DNA of 64,000 nucleotides from a virus, in IMG/VR virus record IMGVR_UViG_3300025849_002481, positions 11,721-75,720 of that record; one strand, given 5' to 3'. The notes under the pieces were generated by a model, which was not told where the DNA came from, searched no databases, and saw only the letters and a program-made list of their open reading frames with translations. The position numbers and the translations under genes were made by a program. This document shows positions 41,295-50,459 of this stretch, in pieces. Within the stretch, counting starts at the first letter, position 1, and each line of letters opens with the position of its first letter.

Positions 41295-41973
41295 TAAACC
41301 ATATAAGTGTGAATACTGTGGAAGCGGTTATGTAAGAGAGAAAACTCTCTTTGCTCACATGTGTGAAAAGAAACGTAGAGCGTTACAAAAAGACGAGAAG
41401 CGTGTACGCTATGGGTTTTATGCATTTGGTCGTTTTTATAAATTAAGTGCAGGCAATAAGAAAGAGAAAACGTATGAGGATTTTTGTTCTAGTCCCTATT
41501 ATAATGCTTTTGTTAAGTTTGGGAGTTTTGTTAATAACGTCCAACCTTTATATCCTGAACGATATATTGATTACGTTGTTACAAGTGGTGTCAAACTAGA
41601 TCACTGGGCACGAGATGAAATGTATGAAAAATATGTGCTACAATTTATATTAAAAGAAGATGTAACAACAGCATTAGAACGTAGTGTAAAAACTATGTTA
41701 GACTGGGCAAGTGAAAATGAGCCAGCACCGTGGAATCATTACTTTGACCATATTAGTTTAAACAGAGCTGTATGGAATATTAAAGACGGTAAAATATCAC
41801 CTTGGCTCTTATTAAACTGTACCAGTGGCAAAACTATGCTAAGTAAGTTTAATGATGAACAACTTGAAATGGTGTATCATGTAATCAATCCACAACATTG
41901 GGCAATGAGATTTAAAAGGTTACCTAATGATGTACAACTTGTAAAAGATGTTGCGAGAGAAAGTAATTTATGA
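41278..41973 (+). CDS. Hypothetical protein with an N-terminal zinc finger
   Basis: YKCEYC...HMC; probable TTG start at 41278. Confidence 0.6.
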   Translation: MKSSSDKPYKCEYCGSGYVREKTLFAHMCEKKRRALQKDEKRVRYGFYAFGRFYKLSAGNKKEKTYEDFCSSPYYNAFVKFGSFVNNVQPLYPERYIDYVVTSGVKLDHWARDEMYEKYVLQFILKEDVTTALERSVKTMLDWASENEPAPWNHYFDHISLNRAVWNIKDGKISPWLLLNCTSGKTMLSKFNDEQLEMVYHVINPQHWAMRFKRLPNDVQLVKDVARESNL

Positions 41974-42395
41974 AAATATTAATATTTGGTTTACCAGGTA
42001 GTGGTAAGAGTACATTAGCAGAACCATTTGCTAAATTAATTGATGGCATATGGATTAACGCAGATGCAGTGCGTAAAAAATATGATGATTGGGACTTTAC
42101 TCCTGAAGGTCGTATGCGACAAGCCAATAGAATGAAACACCTAAGTGATGGTGTAGTTATGGCTGGCAAACATGCTGTTGCTGACTTTGTGTGCCCCACC
42201 GAAGAAGCACGTAAAGCATTTAATCCAGACTTTACTGTGTGGATGGATACTATTTCTCGAGGTCGCTTTGAAGATACAAATGATATGTTTGAAACACCTC
42301 CTAAGTGTGACTATCATGTAGCGACATGGTTTGACGATACTCATGCGCAGTTGTTACAAGTGGTACAACGCTGGATGGAACGAAATGGTAACTAA
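41970..42395 (+). CDS. Adenylylsulfate kinase-like protein (CysC-like)
   Basis: GLPGSGKST, NAD.VR, DF...GR.RQA.R, FE.P. Confidence 0.7.
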   Translation: MKILIFGLPGSGKSTLAEPFAKLIDGIWINADAVRKKYDDWDFTPEGRMRQANRMKHLSDGVVMAGKHAVADFVCPTEEARKAFNPDFTVWMDTISRGRFEDTNDMFETPPKCDYHVATWFDDTHAQLLQVVQRWMERNGN

Positions 42396-42594
42396 GGCTA
42401 GACACTTAGCTAAAGCAGTTACATGGCGTGTTATAGCAAGTATTATCACTGCACTTATTGCATGGTATTTTGGATTACCTCCGAAAGCAGTCGGGGCTGT
42501 TTTCGTGGCTGATCTAATTATTAAGTTCGTTTTATACTACGGACACGAAAGAATATGGTACAAGTATATTAAGTTTGGAGTTAAAGATGTTTGA
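42385..42594 (+). CDS. DUF2061-like small membrane protein
   Basis: R.LAKAVTWR...YY.HERIW. Confidence 0.75.
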   Translation: MVTKARHLAKAVTWRVIASIITALIAWYFGLPPKAVGAVFVADLIIKFVLYYGHERIWYKYIKFGVKDV

Positions 42595-42991
42595 TCAATT
42601 TAAGCCTACAACACAGATGCTAGGTAGATGGCAACCATGGCATCCTGGGCATACAGAATTGTTTAAACGTGCCCTTGCAGAAACAGGACAAGTTTGTATT
42701 CAAATTAGAACTGTACCGCAAGACACAGATGCATCAGGCGGACGCACTATGATACAAGATGATAATCCTTTTGTGGTCACAGACGTGCAAGAGAATATTA
42801 AAAAAGAACTTGCAAAAGAAGGCTATACATACAACGAAGAATATATTATAATGGTTGTTCCAAATATTGTAGATATTAGTTATGGTAGGGGTGTAGGATA
42901 TACATTGACAGAACACGATTTAGGTGCTACAATACATAACATAAGTGCAACAAAAATTAGAAAACAAATGAGAGACGAAGGAAAACTATAG
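42587..42991 (+). CDS. HIGH-class nucleotidyltransferase (mini ATP-sulfurylase-like)
   Basis: GRWQPWHPGH, ISATKIR; adjacent to the CysC-like gene. Confidence 0.65.
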   Translation: MFDQFKPTTQMLGRWQPWHPGHTELFKRALAETGQVCIQIRTVPQDTDASGGRTMIQDDNPFVVTDVQENIKKELAKEGYTYNEEYIIMVVPNIVDISYGRGVGYTLTEHDLGATIHNISATKIRKQMRDEGKL

Positions 42992-43494
42992 TGGAAGTAA
43001 TACAAAACTTTTTATCTAAAGAAGCACATGACAAGATTAAAACTGTTATGTGCAATTATGATAAATTTGATCATGTAGAATTTCCTTGGTACCTATCTCG
43101 AAATGTTGCTAGTACTGAGTCAAATAATGATAAAGAATTTTACATGTATCATCCGTTCTATTGGGATCATGCTCCAGCAAGTCAATGGTTTAACGAATTA
43201 CTACTTCCGCTAATGCAAGAATTACAACCAAGAAGTTTGATGAGAGTTAAAGGAAACTTATATCCTGGAACAGAAACTATACTAGAACACGAACCCCATG
43301 TAGATGATACGTTTAGTCACAGAGGTGCTTTGTATTTTGTAAATACTAATGATGGTTATACAACACTTAATGATGGAACAAAAGTAAACTCAGTTGAGAA
43401 TAGTGTATTACTATTTGATCCTAGTGAACCTCATTTTAGTTCAACGTGTACTAATGATAAGTTTCGTATAACAATTAATATAAATTATTTTTAA
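42991..43494 (+). CDS. 2OG-Fe(II) oxygenase
   Basis: PHVD (HxD), NTNDGYT, LFD...PH, R.TININY. Confidence 0.8.
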   Translation: MEVIQNFLSKEAHDKIKTVMCNYDKFDHVEFPWYLSRNVASTESNNDKEFYMYHPFYWDHAPASQWFNELLLPLMQELQPRSLMRVKGNLYPGTETILEHEPHVDDTFSHRGALYFVNTNDGYTTLNDGTKVNSVENSVLLFDPSEPHFSSTCTNDKFRITININYF

Positions 43495-43580
43495 TGATAG
43501 TTGCATTTTTATTTTTATGTGTATGTTATGCACTACCATTATTAATGTTATATATGATGAATAACGAAGAGCCAAAATAA
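43494..43580 (+). CDS. 28-aa hydrophobic small protein (not in ORF track)
   Basis: MIVAFLFLCVCYALPLLMLYMMNNEEPK; start and stop overlap both neighbours (TAATG coupling). Confidence 0.55.
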   Translation: MIVAFLFLCVCYALPLLMLYMMNNEEPK

Positions 43581-44149
43581 TGCCAGATATTGATATAGAT
43601 TTTGCAGATAGAGATGTGATATTATCACAACTAAAACATCGTGTGGCAAAACTAAATACAGGAAAGAAACACAATACTGGTGTGTATACTACAGAAATAC
43701 CACACAACCCAGTAGATAACTTATCTACAATCGAACACAAGACAGCAGAAGAACGCGGTTACTTTAAACTAGATTTTTTAAATGTGTCTATATACAAAGA
43801 TGTAAGAGACGAGGCACATTTACAAGAACTTATGGAAAGGGAACCACTATGGGAACTACTGGAACACGAAGACTTCAGCGAAAAAGTCTTTCATCTAAAC
43901 GGGCACAACGATCTATTGAAACGATTGAAGCCCACATCGGTCAAACAATTAGCAGCAACACTAGCAATTATACGGCCAGCGAAACGACATCTAGCGAACG
44001 AGAGTTGGGAAACAATACACAAACAAGTATGGACAAAGCCAACAGACGGAACATACTATTTTAAAAAAGCACATGCGTTTGCATATGCTTTATCGGTAGT
44101 AGTACATATAAATTTATTATGTGAAGAACTTAATTCTTTGGACGCTTAA
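43580..44149 (+). CDS. Minimal DNA polymerase III alpha (family C) catalytic-core-like protein
   Basis: PDIDIDF, H..GV, FKLDFL, IRP, YYFKKAHAFAY motifs of DnaE in only 189 aa. Confidence 0.8.
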   Translation: MPDIDIDFADRDVILSQLKHRVAKLNTGKKHNTGVYTTEIPHNPVDNLSTIEHKTAEERGYFKLDFLNVSIYKDVRDEAHLQELMEREPLWELLEHEDFSEKVFHLNGHNDLLKRLKPTSVKQLAATLAIIRPAKRHLANESWETIHKQVWTKPTDGTYYFKKAHAFAYALSVVVHINLLCEELNSLDA

Positions 44150-44501
44150 CTAACTGTACGTTTTTACGCTTTACTCTTTTAATTGTTAAATTATTTAAAT
44201 TAACGCACGGTCCCATTGTAATTTTTACATCTTTGCTATTCATAGTTGTAATACAGTATTGAAAATGTAACATCTCTTTGCGCATAAAGATATTAATTGG
44301 AATCATTCTATTTGACTCCCACCACCATACTTCACCTAAGGATAAAAACGCTTTCTTTTCGTCAATAGTCTTTAAGTCGGTATAAACATACATTGATGTT
44401 ATATACTGATCTTGATTTGCAATAATACCAACGTATTCATTACCGCCGTAAGTAACAACACTAATGAATGGGTAATTTTCTTGAATATCTTTAGTTAACA
44501 T
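44130..44501 (-). CDS. Hypothetical protein
   Basis: 123-aa ORF, WWWESNRMIPINIF motif. Confidence 0.65.
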   Translation of the reverse strand: MLTKDIQENYPFISVVTYGGNEYVGIIANQDQYITSMYVYTDLKTIDEKKAFLSLGEVWWWESNRMIPINIFMRKEMLHFQYCITTMNSKDVKITMGPCVNLNNLTIKRVKRKNVQLVKRPKN

Positions 44502-44525
44502 AGTCCTCGCAACGATAAATATAAT

Positions 44526-45314
44526 ATGCAGTTAATACCTAGATATTTAGTCGATAACAGAACAACCCTTATTAGTAATGAGGCAGGATTTATAACGGAG
44601 TATAGAAAAGTGTACACAAGACAACTACAAGTATATAAAGGCATTGATAATGTCTTACAATTTAAACTTTTAAATGCAGATCAAAAACCAGTTGATCTTG
44701 CAAACTATACTCCCAAGTTTCAAGCATTTGACGAAGCAAAACAAATGATAGTACAGCACGATGGTGTACAAGTTACTAGCGATGGCTCAACACCAATTAA
44801 AGGATTGTTTAAAGTTACAGTTACTTCAAATGATCTATTAAATGTAAAAGAGCAATTTTTAAGTTATAGTATACATTTAATTGATGCTAATCAAGAAGCT
44901 GTAATTACATATGTAGATCCACACTTTGAAAACAACGGATCTATTAAAGTAAGTGCTGAAGCATTTCCTGGACCAACAGATAGTTATAGTGTTTCTACAT
45001 TTACAATGGTTACTGAAGATACACCGTATTGGATATCAGAAACTGTTACAGCACAACCTGGGATTAATGGCAACGAAGCACTACATACAGCTTCAGTCTA
45101 TACTGATAGCTATGTTGGCAATGTAGTAGTCCAAGCAACATTAGACAATCAAATTATGGGTGACACTATCTGGGCAGATATTGATACACTAACATTAACA
45201 GGCAACGAAACAGAACCTAGTCCAATTAATTTTAATGGTGTGTTTAGTCACTTACGGTTTAAAGCAACAGCAGATCCTGCAAATAAAATATCCAAAGTAC
45301 TAGTAAGAAACTGA
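44526..45314 (+). CDS. Hypothetical late (probable virion) protein
   Basis: Beta-rich 262-aa ORF after a TAAATA box. Confidence 0.6.
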   Translation: MQLIPRYLVDNRTTLISNEAGFITEYRKVYTRQLQVYKGIDNVLQFKLLNADQKPVDLANYTPKFQAFDEAKQMIVQHDGVQVTSDGSTPIKGLFKVTVTSNDLLNVKEQFLSYSIHLIDANQEAVITYVDPHFENNGSIKVSAEAFPGPTDSYSVSTFTMVTEDTPYWISETVTAQPGINGNEALHTASVYTDSYVGNVVVQATLDNQIMGDTIWADIDTLTLTGNETEPSPINFNGVFSHLRFKATADPANKISKVLVRN

Positions 45315-45343
45315 TTGACTTTACTTAAAACCTCTGCTATAAT
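45315..45343 (+). promoter_or_regulatory. Sigma70-type promoter (leaderless geometry)
   Basis: TTGACT-17-TATAAT, with the primase ATG 6 nt downstream. Confidence 0.7.
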
Positions 45344-45349
45344 AATAGT

Positions 45350-46333
45350 ATGAGTGTAGTAAACGATATAGTTCTGACATACTTGCCTTCTAAAAGGAAA
45401 ATGACTCCTAGCGGTTGGCTTAGTTTCAATGCTCCTTGTTGTCATCATAACGGCACAGGAGCAGACACTCGCGGTAGAGGAGGCTTAATAAGCAACTCTG
45501 ATGGAGGCGTAAGTTATCATTGTTTTAATTGCGGCTTCAAAGCAAGCTGGCAACCGGGCAGGAACTTTAGTCACAAGTTACGTAAACTTCTCCAATGGAT
45601 GGGAGCACCTGACGATATAATCAACAAGGTGGCACTTGAGGTTATGAGAGAGAATGAAGGCGTCGAAGCTAAGACACTAATAGCACAGTTGCCTACATTT
45701 AATACTGTCCCGTTGCCAGACGATGCTATTAAAATAACAGACATAACAGACTTTAACAAATATAGTATGGCTGTACTAGAATATATGGCCAATCGTAATT
45801 TAAATACAGATGATACAAACTATTATTGGTCACCTAGTTTAGGTTACCGTGATAGATTGATTATACCGTTTTACTATGAAGGCCGAGTTGTAGGTTGGAC
45901 CGGGCGTAGTGTACAAGCAGATAAGAAACCTAAGTATCTAACAGAAGTGCAACCTGGATTTGTATATGGATTAGATGAACAAAGTTACAACAAGGCATTT
46001 GCTATAGTATGTGAAGGTCAGCTAGATGCTATTCACATAGAAGGATGCGCATTGGGCGGATCAGAAATAAACGAACAACAAGCAATGCTGTTAAATAAGT
46101 TACAGAAGCAAATTATTGTTGTTCCTGATAGAGATAGTGCAGGCAAGAAACTTGTTGAACAATCTATTGAATTAGGATTTAGTGTTAGTATGCCAGACTG
46201 GAGTACTGACGTTAATGACATTGGCGATGCTGTACAAAAATATGGAAGACTATATACACTACATAACATTTCAATTTGTGCAGAAGAATCACCGTTAAAA
46301 ATTAGACTGAGAGCAAAAAAATGGTTTACATAA
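45350..46333 (+). CDS. DNA primase (gp61-like)
   Basis: Zinc-binding PCC...YHCFNCG; IIPF, KY; TOPRIM CEGQLDA, PDRD.AG, D..D. Confidence 0.9.
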   Translation: MSVVNDIVLTYLPSKRKMTPSGWLSFNAPCCHHNGTGADTRGRGGLISNSDGGVSYHCFNCGFKASWQPGRNFSHKLRKLLQWMGAPDDIINKVALEVMRENEGVEAKTLIAQLPTFNTVPLPDDAIKITDITDFNKYSMAVLEYMANRNLNTDDTNYYWSPSLGYRDRLIIPFYYEGRVVGWTGRSVQADKKPKYLTEVQPGFVYGLDEQSYNKAFAIVCEGQLDAIHIEGCALGGSEINEQQAMLLNKLQKQIIVVPDRDSAGKKLVEQSIELGFSVSMPDWSTDVNDIGDAVQKYGRLYTLHNISICAEESPLKIRLRAKKWFT

Positions 46334-46431
46334 AAAGATTTTGGGAATGGTTAAAAACTCCATACTACAAATACAAACAAAAGAAACGTTTAGAAGAGTT
46401 ACGAAAACGAGATCCGTTTATATATAAATGA
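46321..46431 (+). CDS. 36-aa basic small protein (not in ORF track)
   Basis: MVYIKRFWEWLKTPYYKYKQKKRLEELRKRDPFIYK fills the gap after the primase. Confidence 0.55.
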   Translation: MVYIKRFWEWLKTPYYKYKQKKRLEELRKRDPFIYK

Positions 46432-46438
46432 GGTTAGC

Positions 46439-47290
46439 ATGACAACATTACATACGTTCGGTTGTAGTATTACACAAGGACATGCACTTCCAGATGTAGT
46501 TAAACCTCCACTCACAGCAGAAGAAGAAGTTGCATTAGGTAGAGAGTCACATTGGGCAGATGAACATATACTTAAACCCAGTAACTATGCTTGGCCTAAA
46601 TTACTAGGCGATAAACTTAATTTGCCTGTACAAAATTATGCAAAACGTGGAGCTTGCTTTCAACAAATTGCTCGACAATGTGCTGTGTCAGCTCAAAACA
46701 TTAAACCTGATGACATTGTAATAGTAATGTGGACATACTTTAGTAGGCTTACTTTACAGTGGCCAGCTAGAACAGCCGTTCCGCTTACACATATACCAGC
46801 ACCAGAAAACAATTTCCTAACACGTATATTGCCAGGCTTTAATAAATTCTTTGGTCTTAGTCAACTAAAAGAACCTGATCCTTTTGACGAAACTGAAGGG
46901 AAGATTTATAACTACATACAGTCGTCTATAAATTATACATTTGATCCGTTGGTTATGTATGATCGATTCCATAACAATTTAGTTTTACAAACAATGACAG
47001 ACGGTCACCTTAGATCTACTGGTGCAAAGATTATACATTTAAGTGTAGAATATCAACCATATATAGATCAACTTGAAGGTGCAAGACAAGCTCTTGATAC
47101 ATCATTACAGTCACCATATGAAATACCAGATCCAAATGATTGGTATTCTTTATCAGTAGATCATGATAGCTGTCGAATAATTCATGATCCTAGTATACCG
47201 TTAACAGGTGAAAACGGACATCCTAATGTTCAACATCATATTAACTATGCTAACCATATCTATGAAAAACATTTTGGAGGAGGAGTATGA
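46439..47290 (+). CDS. SGNH/GDSL hydrolase-like protein
   Basis: FGCSITQG, N.A..G, C-terminal GHP...H. Confidence 0.7.
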   Translation: MTTLHTFGCSITQGHALPDVVKPPLTAEEEVALGRESHWADEHILKPSNYAWPKLLGDKLNLPVQNYAKRGACFQQIARQCAVSAQNIKPDDIVIVMWTYFSRLTLQWPARTAVPLTHIPAPENNFLTRILPGFNKFFGLSQLKEPDPFDETEGKIYNYIQSSINYTFDPLVMYDRFHNNLVLQTMTDGHLRSTGAKIIHLSVEYQPYIDQLEGARQALDTSLQSPYEIPDPNDWYSLSVDHDSCRIIHDPSIPLTGENGHPNVQHHINYANHIYEKHFGGGV

Positions 47291-48759
47291 TCACCTGGGG
47301 GATTTCAGCTAACAGTCACGATGCTGCACTAGCAGTGTTTACAGACAACGGACTAGAGTTTGCTAGTCACGCTGAACGTTTTAGCGGAGTTAAGAATGAC
47401 CCACATCTCAATAAAGAGATAATTAACTATGCACGTAAATGGGGAGAGCCAGATGAAGTTGTTTGGTACGAAAAGCCTTTTAGAAAAACTCTTAGACAGC
47501 TTCGAGCAGGACAAGGATTCAACTTTAGGGAAAACAATATTAATCGTTATCTTCGACAGTATGGGATATCTGCTCCTATTCGTACTGTTTCTCATCATCA
47601 TTCCCATGCTGCTGCCGGTTATTATACTTCCCCTTTTACAGAAGCCACTGTTGTTTGTATTGACAGTATTGGAGAATTTGAAACTCTTACCATATGGGAA
47701 GGAGAAGGAACTAGACTTAAAAAAGTCTATTCACAAGGATACCCCAACTCTATCGGACTTTGGTATTCGGCTCTCACACAAAGAGTAGGACTAAAACCTA
47801 ACGAAGATGAATATATACTAATGGGTATGGCCGCTTATGGAGACCCTCAACGTTTATGGAACGACATGTATGAAATGTTTGATTACATTGACGGACCTGA
47901 CATTAGATTTAAAGAGAACTTACACCGAGGGTGCAAGCAATGGAAGCCAGAGCTTACTACAGAACAAGATATGTTTGACATTGCAGCTGTAACCCAAAAG
48001 ACATATGAGTTTACCCTAGAGCAAATATTGGCATGGGCCAAGAAGAACACAAAGAGCAATAACCTAGTTCTTATGGGAGGGTGTGCATTAAACTGTAGTG
48101 CTAACCATTTAGCCTATAAGTATTTTGATGACGTATGGATTATGCCAAACCCGGGCGATGCAGGATCAGCAATAGGGTCAGTATTAGCTCATAAGAAAGA
48201 ACACATGCCCATGGATCATGCATACCTGGGTTACAACATTGAAGGAGACTACCCAGTTGAAGAAGCAATCAGCGAACTTAAGAAAACGGGAATCGTGGGC
48301 GTTGCGAATGGTCGGGCGGAGTTTGGCCCTAGGGCTTTTGGCAATCGTAGCCTACTTGCTGATCCCAGGGGAAGGGATATCAAAAGCAAAGTCAATGACA
48401 TTAAGAAAAGACAACAGTTCAGACCCTTTGCTCCCGTGGTGCTCGCAGAACACGCAAGCAAAAACTTCAAAGGACACTATAATAACTATATGCAGTTTAC
48501 CTCCAAGTGCAAACATCCATTCCTGTATCCTGCCATCACCCACGTGGACGGCACAAGTAGAGTACAAACTGTTGAAGCAGATGGAAGCGGGATTAGAAGA
48601 TTGTTAGAAGCATGGTATGAGGAAACAGGCTGTCCAATGTTGTTGAACACTTCGCTCAATATCAAGGGCAAGCCCATGGTAAATAACTTGACAGATGCAC
48701 AAGAGTTTGCTATAATGTATAATGTAAAAGTATGTACAAAGGCTACAGATGACAACTAG
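47287..48759 (+). CDS. Carbamoyltransferase (NodU/CmcH family)
   Basis: SHDAA, ERFS..K, HH.SHAA, MGMAAYG, GGCALN, GDAG, EFGPRA.GNRS, FRPFAP, HVDGTSRVQT, LNTSLN. Confidence 0.95.
   Translation: MITWGISANSHDAALAVFTDNGLEFASHAERFSGVKNDPHLNKEIINYARKWGEPDEVVWYEKPFRKTLRQLRAGQGFNFRENNINRYLRQYGISAPIRTVSHHHSHAAAGYYTSPFTEATVVCIDSIGEFETLTIWEGEGTRLKKVYSQGYPNSIGLWYSALTQRVGLKPNEDEYILMGMAAYGDPQRLWNDMYEMFDYIDGPDIRFKENLHRGCKQWKPELTTEQDMFDIAAVTQKTYEFTLEQILAWAKKNTKSNNLVLMGGCALNCSANHLAYKYFDDVWIMPNPGDAGSAIGSVLAHKKEHMPMDHAYLGYNIEGDYPVEEAISELKKTGIVGVANGRAEFGPRAFGNRSLLADPRGRDIKSKVNDIKKRQQFRPFAPVVLAEHASKNFKGHYNNYMQFTSKCKHPFLYPAITHVDGTSRVQTVEADGSGIRRLLEAWYEETGCPMLLNTSLNIKGKPMVNNLTDAQEFAIMYNVKVCTKATDDN
48688..48716 (+). 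promoter_or_regulatory. Sigma70-type promoter of the helicase gene
   Basis: TTGACA-17-TATAAT inside the end of the upstream gene. Confidence 0.7.
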
Positions 48760-50167
48760 ACAAAATACAGATTATGGTTATGATATACAGAAAGTATATC
48801 TAGAAATGTTTATGACAGATGCTGAAAGTTTTATACGCTGTCAAGGTGTATTTGATCCAAAGACATTTGATAGACGACTACAGTTGCCAGCTGAATTTAT
48901 TAAAACATATGTAGAAGAACATAATGCGTTACCTACATTTGATATAGTAAATGCAGCCGCAGATGTTAATTTAAAACACCCAGGTGATTTAGCAGAGAAT
49001 CACTATGATTGGTTGTTACAAGACTTTGAAACATTCAGTAAACACAAAGCACTAGAGGCTGCTATTCTTAAGAGTGCAGACTTACTTGAATCAGGTGAGT
49101 ATGGTGCGTGTGAAGATTTAGTTAAACAGGCTGTGCAGATTGGATTGCAAAAAGACTTAGGCACAGACTATTGGGCTGACCCTAGAGCAAGGTTGATGGC
49201 TATCAAAGATAAGAACGGACAGATATCTACAGGCTGGCCTACACTAGATAAGAAACTGTTTGGCGGATTCAACAGAGGCGAACTGAATATCTTTGCAGGA
49301 GGTTCAGGCTCTGGTAAGAGTTTGTTTATGGCAAACTTAGGTGTGAACTGGTGTATGCAAGGATTAAACGTAATGTACTTAACGTTTGAACTTTCAGAGA
49401 ACTTAGTTAGTATGCGTCTTGATAGTATGACAACAGATATTCCAAGTAGAGATATTTTTAAAAGTATCGATGATGTTGAAATGAAAGTCAAGATGATTGG
49501 TAAGAAGAATGGTGCATTCCAAGTTAAGTACATGCCTACAGGTAAAACAGCAAATGATGTACGTGCATACTTAAAAGAATATGAAATTAAAACAGGCAAG
49601 AAAGTAGATGTACTATTGATTGACTACTTAGATCTTATGCATCCAATTGGTCAAAAGATTAGTGCAGAGAACTTGTTTGTAAAAGACAAGTATGTATCAG
49701 AAGAACTACGTAACTTGGCAATGGAATTAAACACAATCTTTGTTACAGCATCACAGCTGAATAGAAGTAGTGTAGAAGAGATTGAGTTTGATCATTCGCA
49801 TATTAGTGGTGGTATATCTAAGATCAATACAGCAGATAATTTGATTGGTATCTTTACAAGTCGTGCTATGCGTGAGCGCGGACGCTATCAAATACAGTTA
49901 ATGAAAACTAGAAGTAGTAGTGGCGTGGGTATGAAAGTTGATCTAGGGTTTGATGTAGATACATTGCGTATTGTAGACCTTGGCGAAGATGAACAAGATG
50001 GCGGCTCAGCTACACAGGGTAACGGAGCAAGCTCAATTGTTAATGCGTTAAAGCGTACTAACACTCCAAGTGAATCACCAGAAGAAGGTGTTCCGGCAGG
50101 TAAGATACGTGCTGAAACTGATAGCACAAAGCTAAGAGCGTTTCTTAATAATCTTGACGGCGAGTAG
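48749..50167 (+). CDS. Replicative DNA helicase (gp41/DnaB-like)
   Basis: STGW..LD, GGSGSGKS, IDYLDL, EELR.LA, ASQLNR, KTR. Confidence 0.93.
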   Translation: MTTRQNTDYGYDIQKVYLEMFMTDAESFIRCQGVFDPKTFDRRLQLPAEFIKTYVEEHNALPTFDIVNAAADVNLKHPGDLAENHYDWLLQDFETFSKHKALEAAILKSADLLESGEYGACEDLVKQAVQIGLQKDLGTDYWADPRARLMAIKDKNGQISTGWPTLDKKLFGGFNRGELNIFAGGSGSGKSLFMANLGVNWCMQGLNVMYLTFELSENLVSMRLDSMTTDIPSRDIFKSIDDVEMKVKMIGKKNGAFQVKYMPTGKTANDVRAYLKEYEIKTGKKVDVLLIDYLDLMHPIGQKISAENLFVKDKYVSEELRNLAMELNTIFVTASQLNRSSVEEIEFDHSHISGGISKINTADNLIGIFTSRAMRERGRYQIQLMKTRSSSGVGMKVDLGFDVDTLRIVDLGEDEQDGGSATQGNGASSIVNALKRTNTPSESPEEGVPAGKIRAETDSTKLRAFLNNLDGE

Positions 50168-50420
50168 AAGCTAATATTATTTCAGGATCTAATAAATAAT
50201 TTCCTGAATCGTTAACTAGACGAACACGGAATTCCCAATCTGAAGCACCGCCTAACTTAGATTCATTTAGGCTAGCAGCAAATTGCAAACTCCTTTGATA
50301 AGCATCTTTTAGATTACGACAGCGATCTGCTTCGGACATTTCAGTTTGTACATACTGTGTTTGCAATTTATTAGCTTTATTGCTCCACGCTTGTATTAAA
50401 TAGTAAGGTTTGATTTGCAT
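50145..50420 (-). CDS. Hypothetical protein, paralog of 53975..54256
   Basis: YLIQAWS..NKL...LN....GASDW pattern; probable start MQIKP at 50420. Confidence 0.6.
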   Translation of the reverse strand: MQIKPYYLIQAWSNKANKLQTQYVQTEMSEADRCRNLKDAYQRSLQFAASLNESKLGGASDWEFRVRLVNDSGNYLLDPEIILASTRRQDY

Positions 50421-50459
50421 ACTATTACTTATATACATAAATACTAAAAAGGATTAAGT

